A stretch of DNA of 64,000 nt from Macrostomum lignano (taxonomy: Eukaryota). This document shows, piece by piece, positions 18,226 to 29,489 of this stretch (position 1 is the first letter of the stretch; each line of letters begins with the position of its first letter). The DNA is taken from assembly GCA_002269645.1 (NCBI GenBank), contig NIVC01001613.1:1-64000 (forward strand). The letters run 5' to 3'. Under the pieces are notes generated by a model. The model saw only the letters and a program-made list of their open reading frames with translations, was not told the origin of the DNA and made no database searches. The position numbers and the translations under genes are program-made.

Positions 18226-20258
18226 CGGAGATATACATGTATATGGCAACGCTGCAGACTATCTCGTGCTTCTGTTATCGTCAATGGTGCATAGAGGGCT
18301 TCGTCCTGCAGAGACGGCTGCTGGACAATTAATTGATTATTGTTGCGGCACGAGTGTGTCGTGCTGTGCGTGCTGGACGACATCGAGGCTGCTGAGATTC
18401 GATGGCGACGGAACTTCTATACGCTGCCAGCACGGTTTCTCTCTCGCCTTGACGGCTTGGTTCCCGCGACGCCTGGGAGGATCTTGGCGCTTTAATGGCT
18501 CAAGCTTCGGCTGGTCGTGGGAAGTACATGTAGTGTGGCCTAGCTACACACGTTCATTCGCAGCCAAAAAGCCCCTAAAGCTCAGTCATAATTTTTACGT
18601 GTAACATGAAATAAAATATACATGTAGCTAGTAGCTTTTTTCAGACTTCTTGACTTACTGCTGTGATTAAAATTTTATGCGACAGCATATATATGTATGA
18701 ATCACGCATGCACGACATATAGCTACATGCATCTCATACTTACCAGGTAAGAAGTACGACTATACATGCATATAATTATGTAAGTTTTTATGACAGGTTA
18801 CTATACATACATGTATGAATGTACAGATACATGCCGTGATGCATATGTTACATGTACCTGTACATGCATGAAAATTAGAATATTCCATTCGAGGATAAAA
18901 AAGTTAGATGTAAAGATACATATTCAGCTTAAATAAATGATCAAATACGTGATCTGACACTGCACTGTAAGCAGTTTCAAATGCGTGCATGTAACATTAG
19001 AAGGGTCATGTACTGTATATGTACTGGTAACTCCGATTGATGATCCATGTTTGTATACATGTATATATAAATAGTTAAAAATGTAAAAAATCCTTTAAAT
19101 CTAATAAAATTTTAAAATTTACTAAGTTTAAAATTTAATAAAATTGAACTAATCCGAAATTGGGGAATATACTTACTGGAACTAATATAAAACACCCACA
19201 TCGGCCGCAGTTGAATTCATCATCACAAAACTGTACATATTTGCAGGGGTCCCATGCGTGTGTCGTGCAGGATTTAAATCAGGCGTGGCTTTTTTAGCTT
19301 TTCTTTATAAAAACTTCTTAGTTAAAAACAATTGAACTTAGATATTATGAGTTTAAATTTTATCCGCAACAATATCTATAATAAATTATACTTTCACTTC
19401 GTTATACTATGCAAAAAAACTTTTCGGTGTTAAATCGGCCCCTCACGAGCTTCTTAGAATGTAATTTAGCACTACGTGGTCAATGCGGAGTCCAGATTCA
19501 GTGTTTCTGTAAGTGGCCGAATGTTATGGGGTTAAGGTTAGATGTTAGATGCACCACCAGCAAACGAAAAAAACAAGCGCTTTTAAACACTGCTAGGTTA
19601 TTAAACAAGACTAAAAACTTCGACAAATATTTTTAGTTGTTTCAGTATTTGTTTAAATGTTAAGAATAAGATTAGTTCTATGGCAGAGCGAGGTCTACTA
19701 CATGGCAGAGCCACTATCAGTGATACTGATAATACTGAATCCTGATAGTGTAACATAATATAGCATAGGGCCTACTACAGTATCGATTGACTAGGACTAA
19801 AACAGCTACAAGTATTAAAAATTAAAATTCCTAACTAGGGGCCTACTAGGCCTAGGCCTAGGCCTAAAATGCTACACACCCAAAATCCACATGCTAGGGC
19901 CTAGTCACTTCATAAATTTAATTGTGCATTACACACATATATTATATATACAGTTGTGAGTTGTGTACATGTTTATAGCTCAGGGTTTTTTTTTGTGCGC
20001 AGAGTGTGCGTATGCACCCTAAATTTTAAAATCGCACCCTGAAATTAAAAAAGTAGGTGCGGTTTAGGTGCGGTCTTATAACCATTTTTCTTTAAAGGCT
20101 TAACCATGCTTAAGCTATTTTTTATGCACTGCCTTAAAATATGAAACAAAATAACTCTTTAAATCCTATTAAGTCATATAGGCGATATAGCCTATAGCTA
20201 TAGCCTTATGTAAGATATTAAAATATACATTCCCAGTTGTCAGAAATGTGAGCAATAT

Positions 20259-22732
20259 GAGGGTTTCACGAGAGATATTCAGACAGGGGCTCCCTAAAAC
20301 ACGCCCCGCACCGGGCCCCAAACCGCTACACATTATAACATTTTTTGTCAATGCAGTATTTGATTGCAAGGAAAAGTTAAAATAGTAATGGAATAAACAT
20401 CTTTATTTATTTTTTTAAATATTATTTTTTTTATATTCTCGTTTTCATTATTAATTTATAATATTATTATTTTATTAATATTATTATTAATATCACTTAT
20501 TGTTCACCAAATTTTATATTTCAAAGTAAAAAAACTAAATTTAATAAAAACTTGAAGCTTAACAGAAAACGCATTCTGAAGTGTCTTTAGTTATAGTCCA
20601 ATTTGTTTTAATGTATAGCGCTGCAGGGCGGTGCGGGGCGTGTTTTAGGGAGACCCATTCAGACAGACATTCAAAATGATTGTCTGTAACTTCAAACAAA
20701 ATTGACCCGTTTCAACCATCTTTTTGGCAAATACTTACGCAAGTGTTGGGCGTCGAATAAGCTTTAATTTATTAACTGAAGTAAAAATCCTTCTGACATA
20801 CATTGATTTAAAAATTGCTTAGCAACACTAGCTCTGATTAGAAATCGCTTTACTGTTGACTAAAATTGTTTTGATCGTAGCAGCCTAAAAGCAGATACTG
20901 GATTTAAAAATGCTTCGATTTACTCTATACGCATGTCTCAGCTTTAAAATGACACCTCAGGCGTCGCAAAAGACAGCTTTGATGCTGAGATATTCGACAC
21001 TAAACATGCATTGCTTTGCGTAAACTCACATTCAGAAATTTCACTGATTTTTTGTCGATATTTGTGCAGTTGCCGTGTCCTTGTTTTTCATCGGAATCTC
21101 GTCAAATTCTAGTCATGTCTATAAGCATGTCTCAGCTTTAGAATGACACCTCAGGCGTTGCAAAAGACAGCTTTGATGCTGAGATATTCGACACTAAACA
21201 TTGCTTTGCTCGAACTCACATTCGGAAACTTCACTGATTTTTATTCAATATTTGTTCAGATGCTTGTCTACTTCTCCATTTATTAACCATCGCATGGAGC
21301 CTTGCTAACGTACAAGTGTATGTAGTTACTGTAAATGGGGGTTTTTGTGACTCACTTAAACTTGTTTACGCATTCTGCAGCTATTTGCCACCTTTCATTG
21401 GAGTGATTCATGGAGTCCAGTTGATAAATTTCCGCAAATTGGACTGCTTCTACGTCAGATCTCAACATTTGGAACCATCCTTGAACTATTTCAGAGTTAA
21501 GTGAGCTAATGGCATCAAATGGAAGGCTAGTGCTCGTACTCGTAAGCAAAGCAGGTTCACAATTGAAATGGTTGTATTCATGGCCATGGGATCTAAACTG
21601 ATCTGTTTTACTTTCACGATTGCTTCGGTCTCAGAAGGAGCAGCAGTTGATGGACTGAGGTGAGAAGAAGATGTGTCACGACTTGAGCTGTTTTTAGAAA
21701 ATATCTTTATCCAATTAAATATTTTCATGCGGCTCCTTAGGTTGTTCCGAATTCCGAGTCTAGAAGTCAAGACAGAAAAAAAGTTAAGAACTGCTACGGT
21801 AGTCCGTAGGGATTGGAAAGCTTAGCAGTACATTAGAAATCGCCTGTTCAATCTAAAAAGTTTGAAGTACATATAGCTATTGGGTTGCAACAACAGTAGA
21901 AAAAATTCTTCCTTTTTATTTTATTCCCACCGCTTACCTCATTCCAATTTGGATAGCAGAATTGCCACGCAAAAAAAGTAAAAACATAACAATAAACTAT
22001 TTGCTTCATATTAATTGCCACTGACTGTTAATAAACGCAACGTCAATTTCTCTCAATAACAATTGGAACATGTTTCTTGTACACTCGTATATTTATTTGA
22101 ATTGCAAAGCGGTGAAAAAGTCATGATTGGTCGCCATATGTACAAATGTACACTCACAGACTCACTGACTCAGGTACAATCTATGCAATATAAAGGCAGG
22201 AATCATTAAAAATCAAATACTTAAGACAGTTTAAGAGAAGTCTAGGTTTAAACTGGACATGACTAGAATTTGACAAGTTTCTGATGAAAAACAAGGACAT
22301 GGCAGCTGCACAAATATCGATAAAAATCAGTGAAATTTCTGAATATGAGTTTGCACAAAGCAATTGTTTAGTGTCAAATATCTCAGCATCAAAGCTGTCT
22401 TTTGCGACGCCTGAGGTGTCATTTTAAAGCTGAGACATGCGTATAGAGTAAATCGAAGCATTTTTAAATCCAGTATCTGCTTTTAGGCTGCTACAATCAA
22501 AACAATTTTAGTCAACAGTAAAGCGATTTCTAATCAGAGCTAGTGTTGCTAAGCAATTTTTAAATCAATGTATGTCAGAAGGATTTTTACTTCAGTTAAT
22601 AAATTAAAGCTTATTTGACGCCCAACACTTGCGTAAGTATTTGCCTAAAAGATGGTTGAAGCGGGTCAATTTTGTTTAAAGTTACAGACGATCGTTTCGA
22701 ATGTCTGTCTGAATATCTCTCGTGAAACCCTC
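20259..22732. mobile_element. DNA transposon remnant with ~475-bp TIRs (possibly Sola2-like), middle layer
   Basis: 20259-20285 plus 20666-~21118 is the reverse complement of ~22257-22732 at high identity. Termini GAGGG...CCCTC; flanks ATAT/ACAT (4-bp TSD with one mismatch). Internal partial duplication at ~21125-21260. Family assignment is inference. Confidence 0.8.
20286..20656. mobile_element. 371-bp MITE with 9-bp TSD (Mutator-like), inner layer
   Basis: TIRs GGGGCTCCCTAAAACACGCCCCGCACCG / CGGTGCGGGGCGTGTTTTAGGGAGACCC; perfect TSD ATTCAGACA (20277-20285, 20657-20665). The uninterrupted site survives in the host's right TIR. Confidence 0.88.
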
Positions 22733-25700
22733 ACATTCTAAACAAGACTCAAGAGAAATTGCACTCTGAGCCTTAAAATCGCACCTTGAAATTTGGCACA
22801 AGGTGCGATTTCGCACCTTATCTCTGGCGAAAAAAAAAACCCAGTTATAGCTATATTTGTGCTAGGCCTAGGTAAAACAAGTTATTTAATTTCAAAATCA
22901 AATCATATAGGGAGGCCTAGTAGGCCTATAGGCCTACTATTCTATATACTGCATTGGCATATATATACATTGGCCTAGGCCCCCTAGTATAGTATTAAAA
23001 TTTGAATTTAAATTTTATTAATTTTAATGAGATAAATTATAATATTATTAATTGAATTGCAATATTTTTGTAATTTTGTTTGATTAGGAAATTATTTAAT
23101 ATATTAATAATAGTAGGCACTTCAGTGAGAAAATTAAATTTCAGAAATTGTTATAGGCTGCTATTTCACTAGATAGATCTTACTTTCCCATTTCCAAAAT
23201 GGCCAAACTTTAGTGATTTGGTTGAGTAATAAGGAAACTACAGCTATTTTAGTAACCCCGATTTGTGCCTTTAGCCAATGGAATTTTTACATTACAGTTT
23301 GTGATCATTTTTGGCCAAAAAGTTGGCTTTTTGTCTTTGAACACTTGTAATTAATTTTCTAGCCAACCAAAATGACTGTGCTTGGTGTCATTTTGTTCAG
23401 TTTTTTTGTGTTAATTGTATGAATTATATATTTTAATATTATTTTATATGCCCAAGTTGCTAAGCTAATTGAAACAGGATGGGTATATGAAATTTTGACT
23501 ATTTTAACCAGATACGCAATGATTGCAATTTTAAAAATACAATAGCATCTGTTCTGCTTGCTTAATTTATACAAGGCTAGTGTCATTTTGTTCAGGTTTT
23601 TACCTACTATAATACTATTCTACTTCTTGCCCTAAATTTTTAATGCATGACAGACACCCCAACTGCAATGTAATGTGCTGTACAGGCTTTGCGCATGGGT
23701 TTATTAAAAAACGGTTTTGTCTATCGTGTTCAGCATAGCAGAATTAGTTAAATGACACAGAGAACTAGTTTGCCGGAAGGCAGAGTCTCACAAAAAACAC
23801 GAAATACACGTTTCAATGGGTATTTTACATGTAAACGTATCAAAAAAAGAAACCTCCACAAAATTTTTGCGCCTATAGCTATTGGCAAGCGGTTTTTTTA
23901 CTGTGCTTGTATTGTCAATAGGTAATGAAAAATATAAAGAGAAACAATGCAGGAAAAGGATTTCATGGAAAATTTTGGATTTGAAATTTTGCATAGAGCC
24001 ATATGGGCATTAAAAGAAAAAAAAAATTTTTTTAACACCAGAAAAATGTTTCTAAATTATCCCTTTACACTATAAAACCTTTGTTTCCATTATAAGAAAC
24101 ACATTGCAGCTAAGAAAAAGCATTTTCTGAACCACTGTTTTTTTATTCATTTTGGCTTCAATTTTATATTCCTCCTAAAAAATGGTCAACTTTAAAAATA
24201 GACAGTGCAAAAAGTATAACAAAGCTAGACTTGCAGTTGGTGTCATTTGAAAGAGCTCCTTTTTACCTTTTAAATGCATATTTTACTTTCATCCTGGCTT
24301 CTATAGTTTCTTTAAAATCGCCCTTGAAAAATTGGACTTTTTTCTTACTTTTTTGCCATTGGCACGCACTTCTTATAACTCACTGAAGTCCCTAATAATA
24401 GTAATTATATACCAAGATGGAATTTTGCTTGGGGATAGAAAAACGCAGGTGCACATTTTTTGGAGCAGCGCGCAAATGTGCACATTAGCTATAAAAATAA
24501 GTCATATGCAGATCATGGCCCCCATGTGCTAAAAATGAAATTTCTAGTTTTTTAATTCTATGCCGACGTAAATTAAAAAGTTGTAGGCCTACTTCAAGTA
24601 TAAAGTAGCTTGAACACTATATTTTTTAGAGAAAATATTTTTAAAAATTATAAGAGTTTCATTAAACTTTAAATTAACTGTTTTTGCTAAAAACATTTAT
24701 ACTTTGTTTTGCTTTTATTTTGAAATTTTTGGGTATAAAAACAACCTTCTAGACTATGAAAAGTAGGAGAACTTGAGCGCGCATATATCATATGGCACAT
24801 AACCATGTTGAATGCATGTAAAAGTCAAATCCTGTCTGTGATTCTGTGGCAAACAGCTTCTTGCGCAAGTGCATATGATGGAGCATGTACACACCCTTAA
24901 GAGCGCATAAATAGGCTCCTTTTCAGCATGCCAGCACACACAAATTTGACAAGCGTGCACAAATGTGTAACAACTTTTGTGCAAAAATTCTATCCTGGAT
25001 TATATATAGAATAGGCCTATTTATTTACCTTGAAAACCCCAAATAACAATGATTAACACCTAGGTAGGCCGTAACTATAGGCCCTTATTAAAAAATAAGG
25101 TCACTTTGTCAATTGCAAATACTGCTACCCCTGCCAAACAATCACTTTGTTAATCATTTGACAAAGTACCAGTTAGGATAACAAAGTGACTCGAGGGTAT
25201 AGTATAAGACCAAGGATGGCCACAACATTGAATCTCTTTGGCTCTGCTTTCTTTTTATCATTAATTAGCAACATAATAGCTATTATTATATTAATTATTA
25301 TGTTTAATCAATTATATTCATAAATACTGATACAATAATAGATTTGAAAGTAATTACCTATAATATAAAGACTTTAATCTTTTTCTATGTTTATGCTTAA
25401 GATAAATATGCAATAAGGCAAGGTATTTATTTTGTGTTTTAAGCTACTTGTTTGATGTAGTAAATAAACATCTATAGATCAAGCTATAAAAAATCTAAAG
25501 CCAAAAGAATGATTATAATATAGAGGCCTAATATAATACAATTCCAGTATAGCATCTTTTAGCATCTATTTCTGTAATTATTACCAATAGGAAATAAGTG
25601 AAATATATAGACCTAGGTTTATTATTATCTATTTAGACACTTAGAGCTATGGCCATCTTGGTATGCAGCCATCTTGGTCATGTGCCATGACTAGCACAGC

Positions 25701-26574
25701 TCCTAGACACTTTGTCATCTAACCACTTTGTCATCTTGATGACAAAGTGACCATGGTTTTTGGACACTTCATCATATCAAAAAATTGCTAGTAAATCTAG
25801 ATAATGAAGTGACCAAATTTTAAAGACACTTTATCATCCCAAGATTTAGCTAGGCTATAAATTGGTATTCAATTGTTATTAGTATAAATTGTTACTTAAT
25901 TAATTTAGTCTGTAAAATATAGGATTAAATACACACTTAGAGATTCAACTTGTCGCTATAATTGGCATCCAATGTATACAATGTATATAAGTTTTGCATA
26001 TGCATGCTTTGTACAAGTATGTTCATGTAGATACTAGTGCTCATTGTAATTTTATTCTATGTTCAAACTTGCCAAGCTCTAATAATTATTTTTGCTTCCT
26101 TGCTAAAGCCTATAATTAATTGGCATTATCTCTTCTATAACCTAGGGGAGGCAACAAAGTATGTGGCCATGGATTTCTCCTTGCTTCACCTACAAGGACT
26201 TAACCAACCCTTGAATCACAACCCTATATAATCTGAGCTAGAGTGATGTAACATAATGGATTTCTCCTTGCTCCACCTGCAGGGACTTAACCAACCCTTC
26301 ACATGTATATAGTCTAAGCTAGAGCATTTTCACCTCCTAAATAAATGTGCTAAGCCATACATGCATTTGTGTCTATGAGTGCAACATGCCAATTCTCTAA
26401 CCAACTAACCACAGTGGTGGATCCAAGAGGGGTGCAGGTGCAGAGATGGTCACTTTACCCCTCAAGACTGAAGTGGCCAGCCTACTCCCACTCAGAATTT
26501 TATTATAAATATGGTGCATGAAATCATGTATGAGGAGCAAATACATGTAAGAAACAGCTAGTTTATAAGTGAAA

Positions 26575-26760
26575 ATGGCAGACATCTGCATTTTTGCCAA
26601 GAGCCAGTTAGCAAAAAACAGCAAGCGCTTCAATGTGATGTTTGTCAGCAATGGCAGCACCGTCCTCTGCATTGTGGCACAGGAATTTTTAAGGAAGAAT
26701 ATTGAGAGCTGTCTAGCCAAGGGAACTTTCTATGGAGCTGCACATGCTGTCGAGGTGAGC
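26575..26760 (+). pseudogene. Decayed PHD-finger coding remnant, probably from a transposon ORF
   Basis: Restoring one T in the run at ~26591-26595 gives MADICIFCQEPVSKKQQALQCDVCQQWQHRPLHCGTGIFKEEY*ELSSQGNFLWSCTCCR, a C4HC3 pattern with a frameshift and an in-frame TGA. Confidence 0.65.
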
Positions 26761-27235
26761 CGCCAGCCATCCAGCCACCAGCCGCCCAGCCACAGGTAGA
26801 GCTGCCAGCCATCTAGCCGCAGGTAGAGCCTCCAGCCGCAGGTAGAGCTGCCAGCCATCCAGCCACAGGTAGAACCACCAGCCGTCTAGCCGCCAGCTGC
26901 CCAGCCGCAAGTAGAGCCGCCAGCTGCCCAGCCACAGGTAGAGCTGCCAGCCATCCAGCCGCAGGTAGAGCCGCCAGCCGTCCAGCCACAGGTAGAGCCA
27001 CCAGCCATCCAGCCGCAGGTAGAGCCGCCAGCCATCCAGCTGTAGGTAGAGCCGCCAGCCATCCAGCCGCAGGTAGAGCCTCCAGCCACCAGCCGCAGGT
27101 AGAGCCGCCAGCCATCCAGCCACAGGTAGAGCCGCCAGCCATCCAGCTGCCAGCCGTCCAGTCGCCAGCCATCCAGCTGCCAGCCATCCAGCTGCCAGCC
27201 GTCCAGCAGCAATAGAGCCACCAGCCGTCCAGCCG
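26760..27235 (+). repeat. ~27-bp GC-rich tandem repeat (CCAGCCATCCAGCCGCAGGTAGAGCCG), starting in frame with the PHD remnant (PAIQPQVEP)
   Basis: About 17 diverged copies. Confidence 0.85.
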
Positions 27236-27339
27236 ATTATTAGTTAATTTTCAGTTAACTTTAACAAAATTAAGAGTTAATAAGTTAGGATTTTTTTGTT
27301 TCAAGGCTAATGCTTTTGCCATTAACAGAAGTTAAGATT

Positions 27340-27520
27340 TTCATTAATGGTGCCCAACACTGGAAGCAGATTAAAGAGATTTTAACTGTCAATTCTTTCC
27401 AGACAATTTTGAATCTTTAGACAAAAACACAATCAAAATTGGTGAAGAATTGCGAGCTCTAGAGCATTATGGACATACAAACAAACAAACAAACAAATAT
27501 TAGATATTTAGATAGATTAA
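27340..27520 (+). mobile_element. Possible 3' end of a non-autonomous Helitron-like element
   Basis: AAAATTGGTGAAGAATTGCG...GGACATA(CAAA)n...TAGATAGAT resembles such termini. A related TAGAGCGTTATGGACATACAA occurs near 47055. Pattern resemblance only. Confidence 0.3.
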
Positions 27521-29084
27521 GAAGGAAAGGATTGAATTAATTCTGCAGTAATTTAAATGTATAAGTCTTAATGCTATTCTCTTTGTGCTTTGTGAACTTT
27601 TTGATCTTTGTGCCTACATGTAGCTACAAATTATGGTATTTAATGGCTATCTTTGTGGGTTGTGACTCCACCATTGTCTGGTCCCAAGCCCAGAATGTGA
27701 AAGGAGGAGGGCAACTATATGTAGATACATATACATGTATATAATGTTTAGTCTTTATCTTTATATAGTTATGTAGTTGAATGTACAAGTATACATGTTA
27801 CATATAGCAAAGTTTTTTCATACAAAAAAAAGTATAATCTTTGCAGAAAGTAAAAATATAGAAATAGTATTTAAAATGATGTGCTTTGTGTTTTCATATT
27901 TAAAGCAAACAACTTATACGCTCGTATCCTTGAACTCAAAGTTGCAGGATTGTTCCAGCAATATAGGTCTCTCCTCTCAAAGTTTAAAATTCAAAGAACA
28001 GTAAGTGTTTGAAATTTCCTAATTTATAAAGCATATTGCCTACCATCCCACAAAATATGCACAGTTAGTCAATGTGCAGTTGAGTAAAATAGCAGTTGAG
28101 TTCAGCAATTGTCTTTATAGTCCGCCAGTCAGCCAGGGTCAGAATGTACACATGCAGCCTCTGAAAATCCTGCCACCTCTCCACTAGAGAGATAATGCAC
28201 TGCTGAGATAAGAAGTTGTGGCATAATCACTCAAAATTGATGCAATTTTTCTGTTCAGAGCAGAAAAGTGGCCAAAGAAGGTTACAAAAAGTTTTTCCTA
28301 AATAGCCTATTTGTTGCGTAGAATAATTCTGCATTGATGTATAAAATTCCCGCATTTGAGTTGCCAGCCATCTAGAAGGAGATACATGTTAAACCCAGCC
28401 AGTCAATCAATCCACTTAGCTCTAGATGAGATAAATTTGGTATATAAGTTTTTAGTTAGGCTTTACATAGCTAGGTACAAGGAAGTTATATATTTATAAT
28501 ATAATAGTAATAGCCTTAGATTTCTAAAGTAAAAATGTTAAAATTTCAATATTCATAGAGATTTAGGTTCATATAAAGAACCTAAATCTTTGTTTTAGGA
28601 ACCTAATTCAACCTAAGATTTCAATGCTTATGCTTATACTATTTTAAATTTTATAGTTAATCAGTCATTTAATCATTATCATTGTCAAGAAAGTGGCCTT
28701 TACACTTAAAAAAAGATTCTGGCATATTTTTGCCCTTTGTTAGAATTTTAGCCAAATACTAGGCATATACAATAGGTCCAACATTAGTATACACTTTAGT
28801 ATTCTGATACTTGAAAAACCTCTAGTTATTTAAATAAATTTTAACAACTAATCATTTATTAATATTATTCCTATTTTATTACTAATCTCATATGTCAAGA
28901 GTGTTGAATTTAGTTTAAATGATTGTGTAGTTTTTTGATGGATTTTGCTAGAACTTCTATTATGTCTCTATCTTCTTGAGTCACTAGCTGGTACTTTATC
29001 CTCTGCAAAAATTGGAACCTTTATCAAAGATTTTCTATTTAAATTTATTGTAGGAGCACTAAAGTAGTTCCCCAAGTGGAATAA

Positions 29085-29351
29085 AAATTATAGCAGATAG
29101 CTCAGCTGCAGCTATTGCATAGCACATTTCAATATTGCATACAATAGTTTAGTCCAAGGACTTGGGGGCTGCCATACACACCTTCAATTACCCTAACTAA
29201 TACTGGCACCCATATCACAGCTGGGTGACCTAAGCAATGTAGAGTTAGTTACCTTGCTTAAGGACACAAATTGTTCCGAGTGGGATCGGGAATCGAACCC
29301 CCGACCTTCAAGTCGTGAGACCGACGCTCTAACCACTTGGGTACAACCCCC
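29085..29351 (-). mobile_element. tRNA-derived CORE-like SINE family 2, copy A (decayed tail)
   Basis: Minus strand: A box TACCCAAGTGG, B box GGTTCGATTCC, then GTGTCCTTAAGCAAGGTAACTAACTCT...CAGCTGTGATATGGG resembling the CORE domain; homologous to ~52305-52608. Confidence 0.8.
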
Positions 29352-29489
29352 TCGACTTCACTTCACTTTGTATCCCAGCATGGCATTTTTGCCGGGTCCT
29401 ATTCCCGTTAGAGAACTTAGTGTTGAATATAATTCTGTGATAAAGATCTATGTTAGTCTAATAATTATTTAATTAATTAAGTTGCAGGC

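Larger units (their letters stand above)
19981..22844. mobile_element. Non-autonomous hAT-type element, outer layer of a nested insertion
   Basis: Termini CAGGG(T)n and (A)nCCCAG; perfect 8-bp TSD TTATAGCT on both sides (19973-19980, 22845-22852); subterminal GCACC/GGTGC motifs at both ends. Confidence 0.85.

Noticed and set aside
18240-18540. GC-rich stretch with ORFs on both strands, a possible extra ankyrin-gene exon
   Set aside because: No phase-consistent splice path or recognisable motif could be established; it may be 5' UTR or promoter.
21270-21770. Short minus-strand ORFs inside the long-TIR element as a transposase remnant
   Set aside because: No DDE or other motif recognisable by eye; needs a homology search.
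26413-26440. CAGTGGTGGATCCAAG, a hAT-like left terminus upstream of the PHD remnant
   Set aside because: No matching right TIR or TSD found.
29270-29351. tRNA-like sequence (also at 52535-52608 and 11630-11702)
   Set aside because: A and B boxes are present, but acceptor and anticodon stems do not pair properly and each continues into a shared SINE body.
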